In this document: one piece after another, positions 25,716-34,636 of the stretch
How positions within the stretch are numbered: position 1 is the first letter of the stretch
How the letters are laid out: each line of letters starts with the position of its first letter
DNA from: Planctomycetota bacterium
GTDB lineage: Bacteria; Planctomycetota; UBA1135; UBA2386
Length of the DNA stretch: 64,000 bases
NCBI GenBank assembly: GCA_016872675.1
Contig: VGZG01000003.1
Location: forward strand, 175 to 64,174
Direction of reading: 5' to 3'
Translations under genes and position numbers: made by a program
The notes under the pieces: model-generated
The model's database searches: none
Told to the model about the DNA's origin: nothing
The model's input: the letters and a program-made list of their open reading frames with translations, nothing else

Positions 25716-27542
25716 TCAGCCGGCCTTCTTGAGCACGGCGTCGGCAGGCTTGGCGGTGGCCTTCTTCGCCGCCGCGCCCTGCTCGAGTTCGTCGGCGAGC
25801 TTGCCAGCGCCGTACACCTTGCGCAGCGCCTCAACGATGATCGCCGGGTGCACGCTGACCGAGCGGGCGACCTCGTCGTCGAAGACGAAGTTGTTGCCCA
25901 GCGACTCGATGTTGCCGTCGAAGATCAGGCCGACCACGTTGAGGTCGCGGTCGATGACCGGCGAGCCGGAGTTGCCACCGATGATGTCGCACGTGGAAAC
26001 GAAGTTGAACGGCGTGCGCAGGTCCATGCGCGCCTCGGCGTCGAGCCACGGCTGCGGCAGGTTGAACGGATAGCGGCCGCCGAACTCGTGGTGGCGCGCA
26101 AACAGGCCGTACAGCGACGTCTGATGCGGCGCGACCGTGCCGTTCATCTCGTACCCCTTCACCACGCCGTCGCTGATGCGCAGCGACATCGTCGCATCCG
26201 GCGGGATCGACGCGCCATGGATCGCGAAGCACGCCTCGCCGATGCGCTTGTTCTGCGCCGCCTCGGCCTTGGCCAGCTCCTGCAGCGTCTTCATGTCCGG
26301 CTTCGCCTGCTGCATCGCCGCGACCTTCTCCGCCTGCAGCGCCGCGACCTTGTCCCAGGCGTCGCCGTACTTGGCGAGCAGGTCGGCGTTCTTGGCGACG
26401 AGGCCGCGCAGTTGCGCCTCGGCCTTCTGCTTGATCGCGATGATCCGCGGGTCGAGCAGGCCGTCACGGTAGCCCTCGACCGCCTTGCGCGTGTTCTCCA
26501 GCGAGAGGATCTGGGCCCGCAGTTCCTTTTCCTTCACGGGGCTGGCCTTGGCCTGCGCGTACAGGTCCTGCAGCTGCGCCTTGGTCTGCGCCAGGCGCGC
26601 CGGGAAGCTGTGGTCGCGCAGGAACTCGCACTGTGCCACCGTCTGCAGGCGGCCGGTGCGGCCCGGGTTGCCGGTCACGAACACGAGGTCGCCCTCGGGC
26701 GCGCCGGCGGTCTTCCAGGCAAAGTGGTTGGCGCCGCAGGCGACCGGTTTGTCGCCCTGCCACGCGCGCACGAACGTGAAGTCGAGACCCCAGCGCGGAA
26801 AGCAGAAGTTGTCCGGATCGCCGCCGAAGTGCGCGATCTGGCCGTGCGGCGCGCAGACGAGCCGCAGGTCGTCATAGACCCGGAAGCTGTAGAGCTGGTA
26901 GTTGCCGCCCTGGTAGAGCGCGATGACCTCGTGCTCGTGGCCTGGGTCCTGGTCCGCGGCCGACTTCTTGACCGCGTCGACACCCTGGGCGTTGACCGCA
27001 GCGGTGACGTCCTGCTGGCGCACCAGTTGGGTCATGCGGAAGCCGGGCAGCTTGACCTCGTTCTCCCACGCGCCGGCGTAGAAGCCGTCCTTCAACCAGT
27101 CAGCGGCGCCCTGCACCGCGGCGATGGCGTCGCGGGAGCAGTGGTGATTGGTCATCACCAAGCCGTGCGGGCTGACGAACGACGCCGAGCAGAAGTTGCG
27201 GATCGTGCCGTCTTCCATCTTGCGGCCAAAGCGCAGCGAGCTGAGGCGCGCCTGCTCGAGCCACGCCTCGGTCGGCTGCCAGTCGTAGGCTTGCTGGAAC
27301 CAACCGGCCGGAGCGGCTTCGAACGTCCACATACGTCCGAGGTCCTTGTTCGGCTGCTCGACCTTCGGCAGCGCTGGCCCCGCTGGCGGCGGCGGCTCGA
27401 AAGAAGCGCTCGCGGCGCGGTCAGGGGCGCCGCTGCAGGCGGCGAGGACAAGGGCGAGCCAGGGCGCGGCGGCGACGCGGCGCGCGACCCCGGAGACGGC
27501 GAGGTGGAGGCGATCGGGCTTCATGGTTCTGGGGCGAGGCAT
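25716..27542 (-). CDS. S46-family dipeptidyl-peptidase-like serine protease (lipoprotein)
   Basis: 'CSASFVSPHGLVMTNHHC' (catalytic His region) and 'GGNSGSPVIDRDLNVVGLIFDGN' (catalytic Ser) match S46 DPP7/DPP11-type peptidases. There is an N-terminal lipobox 'LVLAAC'. Confidence 0.8.
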   Translation of the reverse strand: MPRPRTMKPDRLHLAVSGVARRVAAAPWLALVLAACSGAPDRAASASFEPPPPAGPALPKVEQPNKDLGRMWTFEAAPAGWFQQAYDWQPTEAWLEQARLSSLRFGRKMEDGTIRNFCSASFVSPHGLVMTNHHCSRDAIAAVQGAADWLKDGFYAGAWENEVKLPGFRMTQLVRQQDVTAAVNAQGVDAVKKSAADQDPGHEHEVIALYQGGNYQLYSFRVYDDLRLVCAPHGQIAHFGGDPDNFCFPRWGLDFTFVRAWQGDKPVACGANHFAWKTAGAPEGDLVFVTGNPGRTGRLQTVAQCEFLRDHSFPARLAQTKAQLQDLYAQAKASPVKEKELRAQILSLENTRKAVEGYRDGLLDPRIIAIKQKAEAQLRGLVAKNADLLAKYGDAWDKVAALQAEKVAAMQQAKPDMKTLQELAKAEAAQNKRIGEACFAIHGASIPPDATMSLRISDGVVKGYEMNGTVAPHQTSLYGLFARHHEFGGRYPFNLPQPWLDAEARMDLRTPFNFVSTCDIIGGNSGSPVIDRDLNVVGLIFDGNIESLGNNFVFDDEVARSVSVHPAIIVEALRKVYGAGKLADELEQGAAAKKATAKPADAVLKKAG

Positions 27543-27739
27543 GCTACGTCGAAGAGCGCCAAGGCGCGCCCTCCATACCGGAGATCCTGCCCGCGCGGAT
27601 CCCCCGGCGCTCTTGCGCCCTGGCCCAGGGACGACTGCGCGAAGGCCGCTAGCGTGTGCCGCCGCCGCGCGCTACTGCAACCCCGCGCGCACGCACATCC
27701 GCAAGGAGAACCAGATCGTGTTCCCGCCGGCGCGCCGGA

Positions 27740-30700
27740 TCAGGCGCGCGCAGATCGCCGCCGCAGCGCGAGCCACTGCACGACCGGCGTCAGCAGCAGG
27801 CTGAGCACGAGGCACAGCGACTGGCCGCCGATGACGACGACGGCGATCGCCTTGCGCTCCTCGGCGCCCGGACCGGCGCCGACCGCCAACGGCAGCATGC
27901 CGGCGACGAACGCCAGCGTGGTCATCAGGATCGGCCGCAGCCGATCGCGGCTGCCCTGCACGACCGCGTCGTGCGCCGGCACGCCGGCGCGTAGCAGTTG
28001 GTTGGTGTGGTCGACCTGCAGGATGGCGTTCTTCTTGACCATCCCAAACAGCACGAGGATGCCGAGCGCCGAGTAGAGATTGAGCGTCTCGCCGGTCGCC
28101 CATAGCGACAGCAACGCAAATGGCGCGGCGACGGGGATCGCCAGCAGGATGATCAGCGGTTGCGTCAGACTCTCGAACTGCGCCGCCAGAATCATGTACA
28201 TGAAGACGAGCGCCAACAGGAACGCGCCGAGGAACTCGCCGCCGGCTTGCTCCAGTTCGCGCGCGCTGCCGGCGACGGCCGTCGAGTACTCGGCCGGCAG
28301 CCGCAGGTCGCCCGCCAGTCGGCGGAGGTCGGCGACGGCGTCGGCAAGCGCCGCGCCCGGCGCCGGGCTGCCGCGCAGGCTAGCCTGCCGCTGGCGGTCC
28401 ATGCGATCGATGCGGGACGACGTCGTCGCCGACTCGATGCGCACGAGGTTGTCGACACGCACGGTGCCGCCGTCGCCGCGGCCAACCAGCAGCTCGCCGA
28501 TGCGGTCGACGCGCTGCCGGTCCGCCTCGCGCAGGCGCAGGCGGACGTCGTACTCCTCGTCGAGCTTGGGGTCGCGGAAGCGCGACACCTCAGTCACGCC
28601 ACCGACCATCAACCGCAGCGCCGTGGCGATGTCCTGGGTCGAAACGCCGAGTTCGGCGGCGCGCGGTCGGTCGATCTGCACGCGCAACTCCGGTCGCCGC
28701 AGCCGCAGGGTCGTGTCGAGGTCGATCATCGAGCCGGACTTGTTGGCGGTCACGCGCAGGTCCTCGACCGCTGTCGCCAGCGTCGCCAGGTCGGGGCCGC
28801 GGATGGCGAAGTCGAGCGGGAACGGTCCGCCGCCAAGGTTGAAGCTGCGCTGGTTGCGCACCGAGACGCGCACATCGGTCAGCTTGCGCAGCCGCTGGCG
28901 GATCTCCGCCATGACCTCGCGCTGCGTGTAGTTGCCGCGGAACGCCGCCGCCGGATCGCCGACGAACGTGGCGCGAACCAGCCGATCGAGCGAGAAACGC
29001 CGGCGCTCGTGCGGCACGATGCGCACGAAGACGCTGCCGTTTGACAACCCGCCGAGGAAGCCGCCACCGACCTGGGTCAGTGCCGCTTCGACGGCCGGGA
29101 CCTGGGCCAGCTCAACCTCGACAGCGCGCATGACGCCGTCCATCGCCGCGAGGCTGGCATCGTCCGGGCCGTTGACGGCGATCTCGAACTCGCCTTCGTC
29201 GACGTCGCTCGGGATGAAGTCCTGCCGCACCGTGCCGGCGAGCAGCACAGTGCTGGCGACGACGAGCGCCGAGCCGAGCACGACGAGCCACGGCCGGCGC
29301 AGGCAGCCGCACAGCGCCGCGGCGTAGGCGCGCTCGGACCAGCCGCCGCCGTGGCTGGGTTTCGCGTCGGCCGGTCGCACCAGCCGCGCGCACATCGCCG
29401 GCGTCAGCGTGAACGACACCACCAGCGACAGCAGCACGGCGACCGCGGCGGTGATGCCAAACTGGAAGAGGAACCTGCCGGTGATGCTCGACAAGAACGA
29501 CACCGGCACGAAGATCACGACGAGGCTCAGCGTCGTCGCCAGCACCGCTAGCGCGATCTCGCCGACCGCCTCGCGCGCCGCCTGGAACGGCGGCAGGCCC
29601 TGCTCGTCGGCCCAGCGCTGCACGTTCTCCAGCACGACGATGGCGTCGTCGATGACGACGCCGACCATCAGCACCAGCGCCAGCATGGTCACGCCGTTGA
29701 GCGTGAACCCCAACGTCCACATGACGCCGAAGGTGGCCACGACCGACACTGGGATCGCGACGCCGGCGATCAGCGTGGCGCGCCAGCTGCGCAGGAACCA
29801 CAGCACCACCAGCGCCGCCAGCAGCGAGCCGACCACGAGATGGAATTCGATCTCGTGCAGGGCGGCGCGGATGTAGCGCGACTGGTCGCGGACGATCTCC
29901 AGACGCAGGTCCGGCGGCAGCTGCGCGCGCAGGGCTTCGATTGGACCGAGCAAGCCGTCGATGACGGCGACGGTGTTGGCGCCCGATTGCCGGCGCACCT
30001 CCATCACCACCGTCGGCACGCCGTCTAGGCGCGCCAGTGAGCGCGCCTCGGCGGTGCCGTCCTCGATGCGCGCGACGTCGCCGAGCTCGACCGGCACGCC
30101 GTTGCGACGGGCGATGGTCAGCGTGCGGAAGGCCGCCGGGTCGAGCACTCGGCCGAGCGTGCGCAGGGTGCGTTCGCGCTGGTCGTCGGTGACGTTGCCG
30201 CCGGGCACGTCGCTGTTCTGACGGCGGATCGCGTCGCTGACGGCATCGACCGGCAAGTCGTAGGCGGCGAGCCGATCGGCGTCGACCCAGACGTTGATCG
30301 TGCGCTCGATGTCGCCGACGAGCCGAACCTCGCCGACGCCGCGGCCGCGCTCGAGCACACGCTTGATGCGCTTGTCGGCGATCTCGGACAGTTCGCGCAT
30401 CGGCCGATCGCCGGCCAGCGCGAGGGTGAGCACCGGCGAGCTGTCGCTGTCGAACTTGCTGACCACCGGCGGTTCGCAGTCCTCCGGCAGGCGACGCATC
30501 GCCTGCGACACGCGGTCGCGCACGTCCTGCGCGGCGGCGTCGATGTCGCGGCCAAGGTCGAACGTCACCAGCACCAGCGACGTGCCGGCGCCCGATATCG
30601 AGCGCAGTTCGCGAATGCCCTCGACGGTGTTGACGATCTCCTCGATCGGGTACGTGACCGAGACCTCGACCTCCTCGGGCGCGCCGCCGGGCAGCTCGGT

Positions 30701-30847
30701 GCGCACGGTGACGGTCGGCAGGTCGTAGGCGGGGTAGCGGTCGACGGCGAGGAAACGGAAGCCGACGGCGCCGGCGACCACCATCGCCAGGATCAACATG
30801 GTCGCGAAAACCGGCCGGTGGATGCAGACGTCGGCGAGCTTGCGCAC
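27740..30847 (-). CDS. RND efflux transporter permease (AcrB/HAE-type), 1035 aa
   Basis: The gene starts at GTG 30847 ('(M)RKLADVCIHRPVFATMLILAMVVAGAVGF'), a typical RND N-terminus. It has the 12-TM two-large-loop layout. The track ORF to 31411 adds an Arg-rich 188-aa extension that overlaps the MFP gene. The start lies 2 nt after the MFP stop. Confidence 0.9.
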   Translation of the reverse strand: MRKLADVCIHRPVFATMLILAMVVAGAVGFRFLAVDRYPAYDLPTVTVRTELPGGAPEEVEVSVTYPIEEIVNTVEGIRELRSISGAGTSLVLVTFDLGRDIDAAAQDVRDRVSQAMRRLPEDCEPPVVSKFDSDSSPVLTLALAGDRPMRELSEIADKRIKRVLERGRGVGEVRLVGDIERTINVWVDADRLAAYDLPVDAVSDAIRRQNSDVPGGNVTDDQRERTLRTLGRVLDPAAFRTLTIARRNGVPVELGDVARIEDGTAEARSLARLDGVPTVVMEVRRQSGANTVAVIDGLLGPIEALRAQLPPDLRLEIVRDQSRYIRAALHEIEFHLVVGSLLAALVVLWFLRSWRATLIAGVAIPVSVVATFGVMWTLGFTLNGVTMLALVLMVGVVIDDAIVVLENVQRWADEQGLPPFQAAREAVGEIALAVLATTLSLVVIFVPVSFLSSITGRFLFQFGITAAVAVLLSLVVSFTLTPAMCARLVRPADAKPSHGGGWSERAYAAALCGCLRRPWLVVLGSALVVASTVLLAGTVRQDFIPSDVDEGEFEIAVNGPDDASLAAMDGVMRAVEVELAQVPAVEAALTQVGGGFLGGLSNGSVFVRIVPHERRRFSLDRLVRATFVGDPAAAFRGNYTQREVMAEIRQRLRKLTDVRVSVRNQRSFNLGGGPFPLDFAIRGPDLATLATAVEDLRVTANKSGSMIDLDTTLRLRRPELRVQIDRPRAAELGVSTQDIATALRLMVGGVTEVSRFRDPKLDEEYDVRLRLREADRQRVDRIGELLVGRGDGGTVRVDNLVRIESATTSSRIDRMDRQRQASLRGSPAPGAALADAVADLRRLAGDLRLPAEYSTAVAGSARELEQAGGEFLGAFLLALVFMYMILAAQFESLTQPLIILLAIPVAAPFALLSLWATGETLNLYSALGILVLFGMVKKNAILQVDHTNQLLRAGVPAHDAVVQGSRDRLRPILMTTLAFVAGMLPLAVGAGPGAEERKAIAVVVIGGQSLCLVLSLLLTPVVQWLALRRRSARA

Positions 30848-30849
30848 GG

Positions 30850-32055
30850 CTACTCCACGACCTGCACCGGCGTCTCGGGCGCGAGCCCGACCGCCACGGC
30901 GACGACTAGTTCGCCGACGGCGACACCGCGCACGATTTCGACCGCGTCGCCAACCGGCCGGCCGAGTTCGACCAGCACGCCCTTGGCGCGCGGCGTGCCA
31001 TCCGCAGCGCTGGCGACAGTGAACACGCGGTCGACGCCGGCAAAGGTCACCACCGCCGCGCGCGGCACGGTGACGACCGGCGCGGCCGCCGCGACGACGA
31101 TGCGCGCCCGGCAGAACGCGCCCGGCAGCAGCGCGCCGTCGGCGTTCTGCACCTCGGCCTCGACGAGGCGCGTGCGATCGCCCCGGTCGATCGCCGGACC
31201 GGTGCGCACCACCTTGCCGACGCGCTCGGCGACATCGGCGCCGTCGACCGTGAACTCGACGGCCTGGCCGGCGGCGACGCCGAAGGCGAGGCGATCGGGC
31301 ACGCGCAACCGCAGCCGCAGCGGCTCGATGCGCAGCAGCGTCACCACTGGCGCGCCGCCCTGCACCACCTGGCCGACGGCGACGTGACGCATGGCGACGC
31401 GGCCCTGCCACGGCGCCGTGATGATGGCGTCGCGCCGGCGCTTGTGCGCCTGTGCCAGTTCGATGCGGCGCAGCCTGGCGTCGGCGATCCAGGTGCGAAC
31501 GTCGTCGCGGGCGCGGCGCAGCCGGTTCTCGGCCACGGCCAGCGCCGCGGTCGCGACCTCTAGCTGCGCGGTCGCCTGCAGCGAGCCCTCGACCAACTTG
31601 ACCACGCGCTCACGGTTGAGCCGGGCCTCGACCAGCACGGCCTCGGCTTCGCGCACACTCGGCGCCTGCTCGACGTCGAACGCCGCCGGATCGGCGGCGG
31701 CGGCGAGTCCGAGCCGCGCGTCGGACGCGCCCACCGCCGCTTCGGCGCGCTCGATCGCGAGGTCGAACTCGCGCGGATCGAGCGTCGCGACCACATCGCC
31801 GGCGGCGACCACATCGCCGACGTCAACGCCGAGTGAGGCGATGCGGCCGCCGACCTCGAGGCCGAGCACCAATTCTTCCTGGGCGGCGAGCACGCCGCTG
31901 ACGGCGACCTTGATCGGCAACGCCGCGGCCGCGGCGGCGACGAGCCGCACCGCCTTGGGCGCGCGCGGCGCCGCGCCGACGCCAGAGGCCGCGGGCTTGG
32001 CGCACGCGGCGAGCGCGGCGACCAGCACGATGTGCGCGAGTCGACGAGACCTCAC
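30850..32055 (-). CDS. RND efflux periplasmic adaptor (MFP/HlyD family), lipoprotein
   Basis: The gene starts at GTG 32055 ('(M)RSRRLAHIVLVAALAACAKP', lipobox LAAC). It has a barrel-sandwich/coiled-coil pattern ('ITAPWQGRVAMRHVAVGQVV', 'RLRLRVPD'). The start overlaps the stop of ATP-grasp A as GTGA. Confidence 0.85.
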   Translation of the reverse strand: MRSRRLAHIVLVAALAACAKPAASGVGAAPRAPKAVRLVAAAAAALPIKVAVSGVLAAQEELVLGLEVGGRIASLGVDVGDVVAAGDVVATLDPREFDLAIERAEAAVGASDARLGLAAAADPAAFDVEQAPSVREAEAVLVEARLNRERVVKLVEGSLQATAQLEVATAALAVAENRLRRARDDVRTWIADARLRRIELAQAHKRRRDAIITAPWQGRVAMRHVAVGQVVQGGAPVVTLLRIEPLRLRLRVPDRLAFGVAAGQAVEFTVDGADVAERVGKVVRTGPAIDRGDRTRLVEAEVQNADGALLPGAFCRARIVVAAAAPVVTVPRAAVVTFAGVDRVFTVASAADGTPRAKGVLVELGRPVGDAVEIVRGVAVGELVVAVAVGLAPETPVQVVE

Positions 32056-33269
32056 CCGACCACCACCGTCAGGTCGTTGACGAAGCGCTCGGACATCTCC
32101 AGCGTCGGCGCGAAGTCCGGATGACGGACGATGACCCAGCCGTCGCCGACGACGACCTTGCGCCAGTCGCGCTTCGGCTCGCCGACCGGCGTCAACTCGA
32201 TGTTGGCGACGTGCGGGCCGTAGCGGCGCATCAGTTCGGCGAGGCCGCGGTGCTCCTTGACCGTGCCCTCGCCCTGCCCACGCTTGAAGATCATCGAGCA
32301 GTTGTACTTCTTGGTGACGTCCTGGCTCAACCGGCCAAAACACGCCGCCTCGGCCCAGCCGGCGAACAGGTCGACGTCGCACGAGTAGTTCATCGCGTGC
32401 ACGAGCCTTGCGCCGGCTGGCCGGCCGCCGATTTCGCCGAACACCGCCTCGCCCTTCGGCGTGCGGAACCACTCCATGTGCGTGAAACCGGTGCCAAAGC
32501 CGAGCGCCTGGATCACCGCGCGGCCGAGTTCGACGCCCGGCCGCGGCAGCTCCTGCGTCAGGTCGCGCAGCACGATGTTCTGCATCGAGACCCACGGACT
32601 CTGCGCCAGCACCATCGGCTTGGGTCGGTACCACGCGACGCTCTCGAACAGGATGCGGCCATCGACGCAGATCGTGTCGTAGGTCAGTTCCTCGCCTTCG
32701 ATGAACTCCTCCACCGACAGCACGTCGATGTGGCGCACTTTGTCCAGCGCCAACGCGAACTCGGCCTTGTCGTTGCAGCGGTATGTGTCCTTGCTGCCAG
32801 CGCCGTCGATCGGCTTGACGATGGCGGGGTAGCCGATGCGTTCGACGTGGGCCCACGCTTCCTTGGCGCTGTGCGCCTTGCCGTGTCGCGGCACGCGCAG
32901 ACCGGCCTTCTCGACCGCCTGCTTCATCGTCTCCTTGTCGCGGAAGACCTCGGTCTGGGCCTTGCTCATGCCGGGCAGGCCAAAGCGCTCGCGCAGCGAC
33001 GCCGCGAGATACATCAGCCGCTCCCACAGGCACTCGACGCGGTCGACCGAGCGGCCGCGCAGCCAGGCGTGGATCTCCTCGGCCGCCTTCACCTCGTCGC
33101 CAAACGTCGACACCTGCAGGTAGTCGGTCAGCGCCTCGCGCGCCTCGCGCGGCAGCGCGGCGGCGGGCTGATCGCCGACGCCGAGGACCTTGGCGCCGAC
33201 CTTGGCGAGGCCGCGGACGAACAGCGGCATCTCGGCGGGGAACCCGGGACTGAGGAAGACGACGTGCAT
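32052..33269 (-). CDS. ATP-grasp ligase paralog A (about 405 aa)
   Basis: 'MHVVFLSPGFP...', 'FRDKETMKQAV', 'GYPAIVKPIDGAGSKDT', 'VEEFIEGEELTYD', 'FTHMEWF' and 'GEIGGRPAG' form an ATP-grasp fold signature. The start is ATG 33269; the track start at 33374 is an over-extension. Confidence 0.8.
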   Translation of the reverse strand: MHVVFLSPGFPAEMPLFVRGLAKVGAKVLGVGDQPAAALPREAREALTDYLQVSTFGDEVKAAEEIHAWLRGRSVDRVECLWERLMYLAASLRERFGLPGMSKAQTEVFRDKETMKQAVEKAGLRVPRHGKAHSAKEAWAHVERIGYPAIVKPIDGAGSKDTYRCNDKAEFALALDKVRHIDVLSVEEFIEGEELTYDTICVDGRILFESVAWYRPKPMVLAQSPWVSMQNIVLRDLTQELPRPGVELGRAVIQALGFGTGFTHMEWFRTPKGEAVFGEIGGRPAGARLVHAMNYSCDVDLFAGWAEAACFGRLSQDVTKKYNCSMIFKRGQGEGTVKEHRGLAELMRRYGPHVANIELTPVGEPKRDWRKVVVGDGWVIVRHPDFAPTLEMSERFVNDLTVVVG

Positions 33270-33288
33270 GGCGTGGGTCGGTCTCTGT

Positions 33289-34515
33289 TCAGGCGGTCTC
33301 GACGCGGACGGTGCGAACGATGTGCTGGACCGCGCGTTCGACGACGGCGGTGTCCGGGTGGCGGCACAGCACATAGCCGTCGCCCTCGTAGGTGGCGGCC
33401 TTCGGCTTGCCGACCTGCGGCGCCTTGACCTCGACGACGATGTCGCCGAGGTCGGCCCGCACGGCGTCCAGGCCGTGCACGGCGCGGATCGCGGCGTCAG
33501 CGCCGCCGCCCTGCCCGCGCAGGTACGCGGCGCCGGCGGCGAACCGCCGCGGCGGCGGCGTGAAGGTCTCGAACACCATCAGTTCGGCGAAGGCGCGGTA
33601 CATGTCGACGTCGGTGACAAGGCTCATCAGCGACATGAACTGCGCGCCCGGCGGCCGCGCGGCGACCTCGCCGATGGCGATGCTGCCGTCGGCGCGGCGG
33701 AACCACTCCATGTGCGACATGCCGTTCCACATGCCGAGCATGCTGAGCGCACGCGGGCCGACGCGATGGATGTCGGCGAACTCCGGCCCCGACAGGTCCC
33801 GCGGCAACACGACGGTCCACTGGATCCACGGGTTCTCCATCACCTGCAGCGGCGTCGGGTGATAGCAACAGACGTTGTGGAAGATGTGCAGGCCGTGCAG
33901 CGTCACCGAGTCGAATGAGAACTCGCGGCCGGTGACGAACTCCTCGAGCAGCACGCCGCGGCCCGGCGCCGGCCGCATGGCGCCGACGAACTCGGCGAGC
34001 GCCGCGTGGTCGGCGAGCCGGGACGTCGCCTTGGCCCCGGCCCCCGCCGGCGGCTTGCCGACCACCGGGAAGCCAACCTCGCGCACGAAGCCCTCCGCCT
34101 CGCCCAGCGACGCGCATAGACGGTGGCGCGCGCACGGCACGTTGTCGGCGGCGAACAGGTCCTTCATGCGGCCCTTGTCGCGGAAGTTGCGCGCCGTCTG
34201 CGCGTCCATGCCGCGGATGCGCAAGCGTTCGCGCACCGCCGCCAGCGACTCCTGCAGCGGCTCCAGGATGCCGACAAGCCGCGCGACCGGGCCCAGGCGC
34301 GCGCCGAGGCGCTCGACCACAGCCGCCAGCAGTTCAGGCTTGAGCGCGTCGACAACCCGCTCGTAGCCGATCGCCACTTCCCGCAGATCGGCCGGGAAGC
34401 GCTCGATCGGATCCTGCGACACGAGGCTCAGCCGCACCCCCGGCAGCGCCGCCGCGGCGCGCGCGAAGCGCAGCGAGTTCTCCATGGCGAACGGGATCAC
34501 GAAGCAGACGTGCAT
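33289..34515 (-). CDS. ATP-grasp ligase paralog B (about 408 aa)
   Basis: 'MHVCFVIPFA...', 'FRDKGRMKDLF', 'GFPVVGKPPAGAGAKAT', 'LEEFVTGREFSFD', 'MSHMEWF' and 'GEVAARPPG' are present. The start is ATG 34515; the track start at 34743 is Arg-rich. Confidence 0.8.
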   Translation of the reverse strand: MHVCFVIPFAMENSLRFARAAAALPGVRLSLVSQDPIERFPADLREVAIGYERVVDALKPELLAAVVERLGARLGPVARLVGILEPLQESLAAVRERLRIRGMDAQTARNFRDKGRMKDLFAADNVPCARHRLCASLGEAEGFVREVGFPVVGKPPAGAGAKATSRLADHAALAEFVGAMRPAPGRGVLLEEFVTGREFSFDSVTLHGLHIFHNVCCYHPTPLQVMENPWIQWTVVLPRDLSGPEFADIHRVGPRALSMLGMWNGMSHMEWFRRADGSIAIGEVAARPPGAQFMSLMSLVTDVDMYRAFAELMVFETFTPPPRRFAAGAAYLRGQGGGADAAIRAVHGLDAVRADLGDIVVEVKAPQVGKPKAATYEGDGYVLCRHPDTAVVERAVQHIVRTVRVETA

Positions 34516-34636
34516 GCGGCATGTCACGGTAGCCAGCAACTGCTGCGCCTGCCACGCCGAGCCGTCGCCCTGGGCCACAGGCCACCGGCGCGTGTTTGCC
34601 GTGGCACCTGGCGACGGAGCGTGCCAACATCCGCGC
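34516..34636. promoter_or_regulatory. Divergent control region between the ATP-grasp B/A-MFP-RND operon and the glgA/ATP-grasp C operon
   Basis: A 121-bp gap lies between the two divergent start codons. It contains an imperfect inverted repeat AGGCCACCGGC...GCCGTGGCACCT. The promoters are inferred from gene geometry only. Confidence 0.3.

Noticed and set aside
24397-28076. ORFs 24397-25695 (-, 432 aa) and 25623-28076 (+, 817 aa)
   Set aside because: They are antisense shadows of the MetE-like and S46 peptidase genes. They have no motifs and high Arg/Leu/Ala/Val content from GC-rich antisense codons.
30848-31411. N-terminal 188-aa extension of the RND permease ORF (track 27740-31411, 1223 aa)
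   Set aside because: The extension is Arg-rich and overlaps the MFP gene in another frame. A GTG at 30847 gives the canonical RND N-terminus (RKLADVCIHRPVFATML) 2 nt after the MFP stop.
32056-33033. N-terminal 326-aa extension of the MFP ORF (track 30850-33033, 727 aa)
   Set aside because: It overlaps ATP-grasp A out of frame and has shadow-type composition. GTG 32055 yields a lipoprotein signal peptide and a normal ~400-aa adaptor.
34484-34636. Track start for glgA at 34484 (542 aa) and for other over-extended ORFs (16723, 21787, 21832, 12583, 12633, 49109, 50638, 51351, 52060, 55532, 61291)
   Set aside because: The upstream extensions are compositionally shadow-like or overlap neighbouring genes. 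Internal ATG/GTG codons give N-termini that match the conserved family starts, such as MRPLRLALCASEVAPFAKTGG for GlgA.
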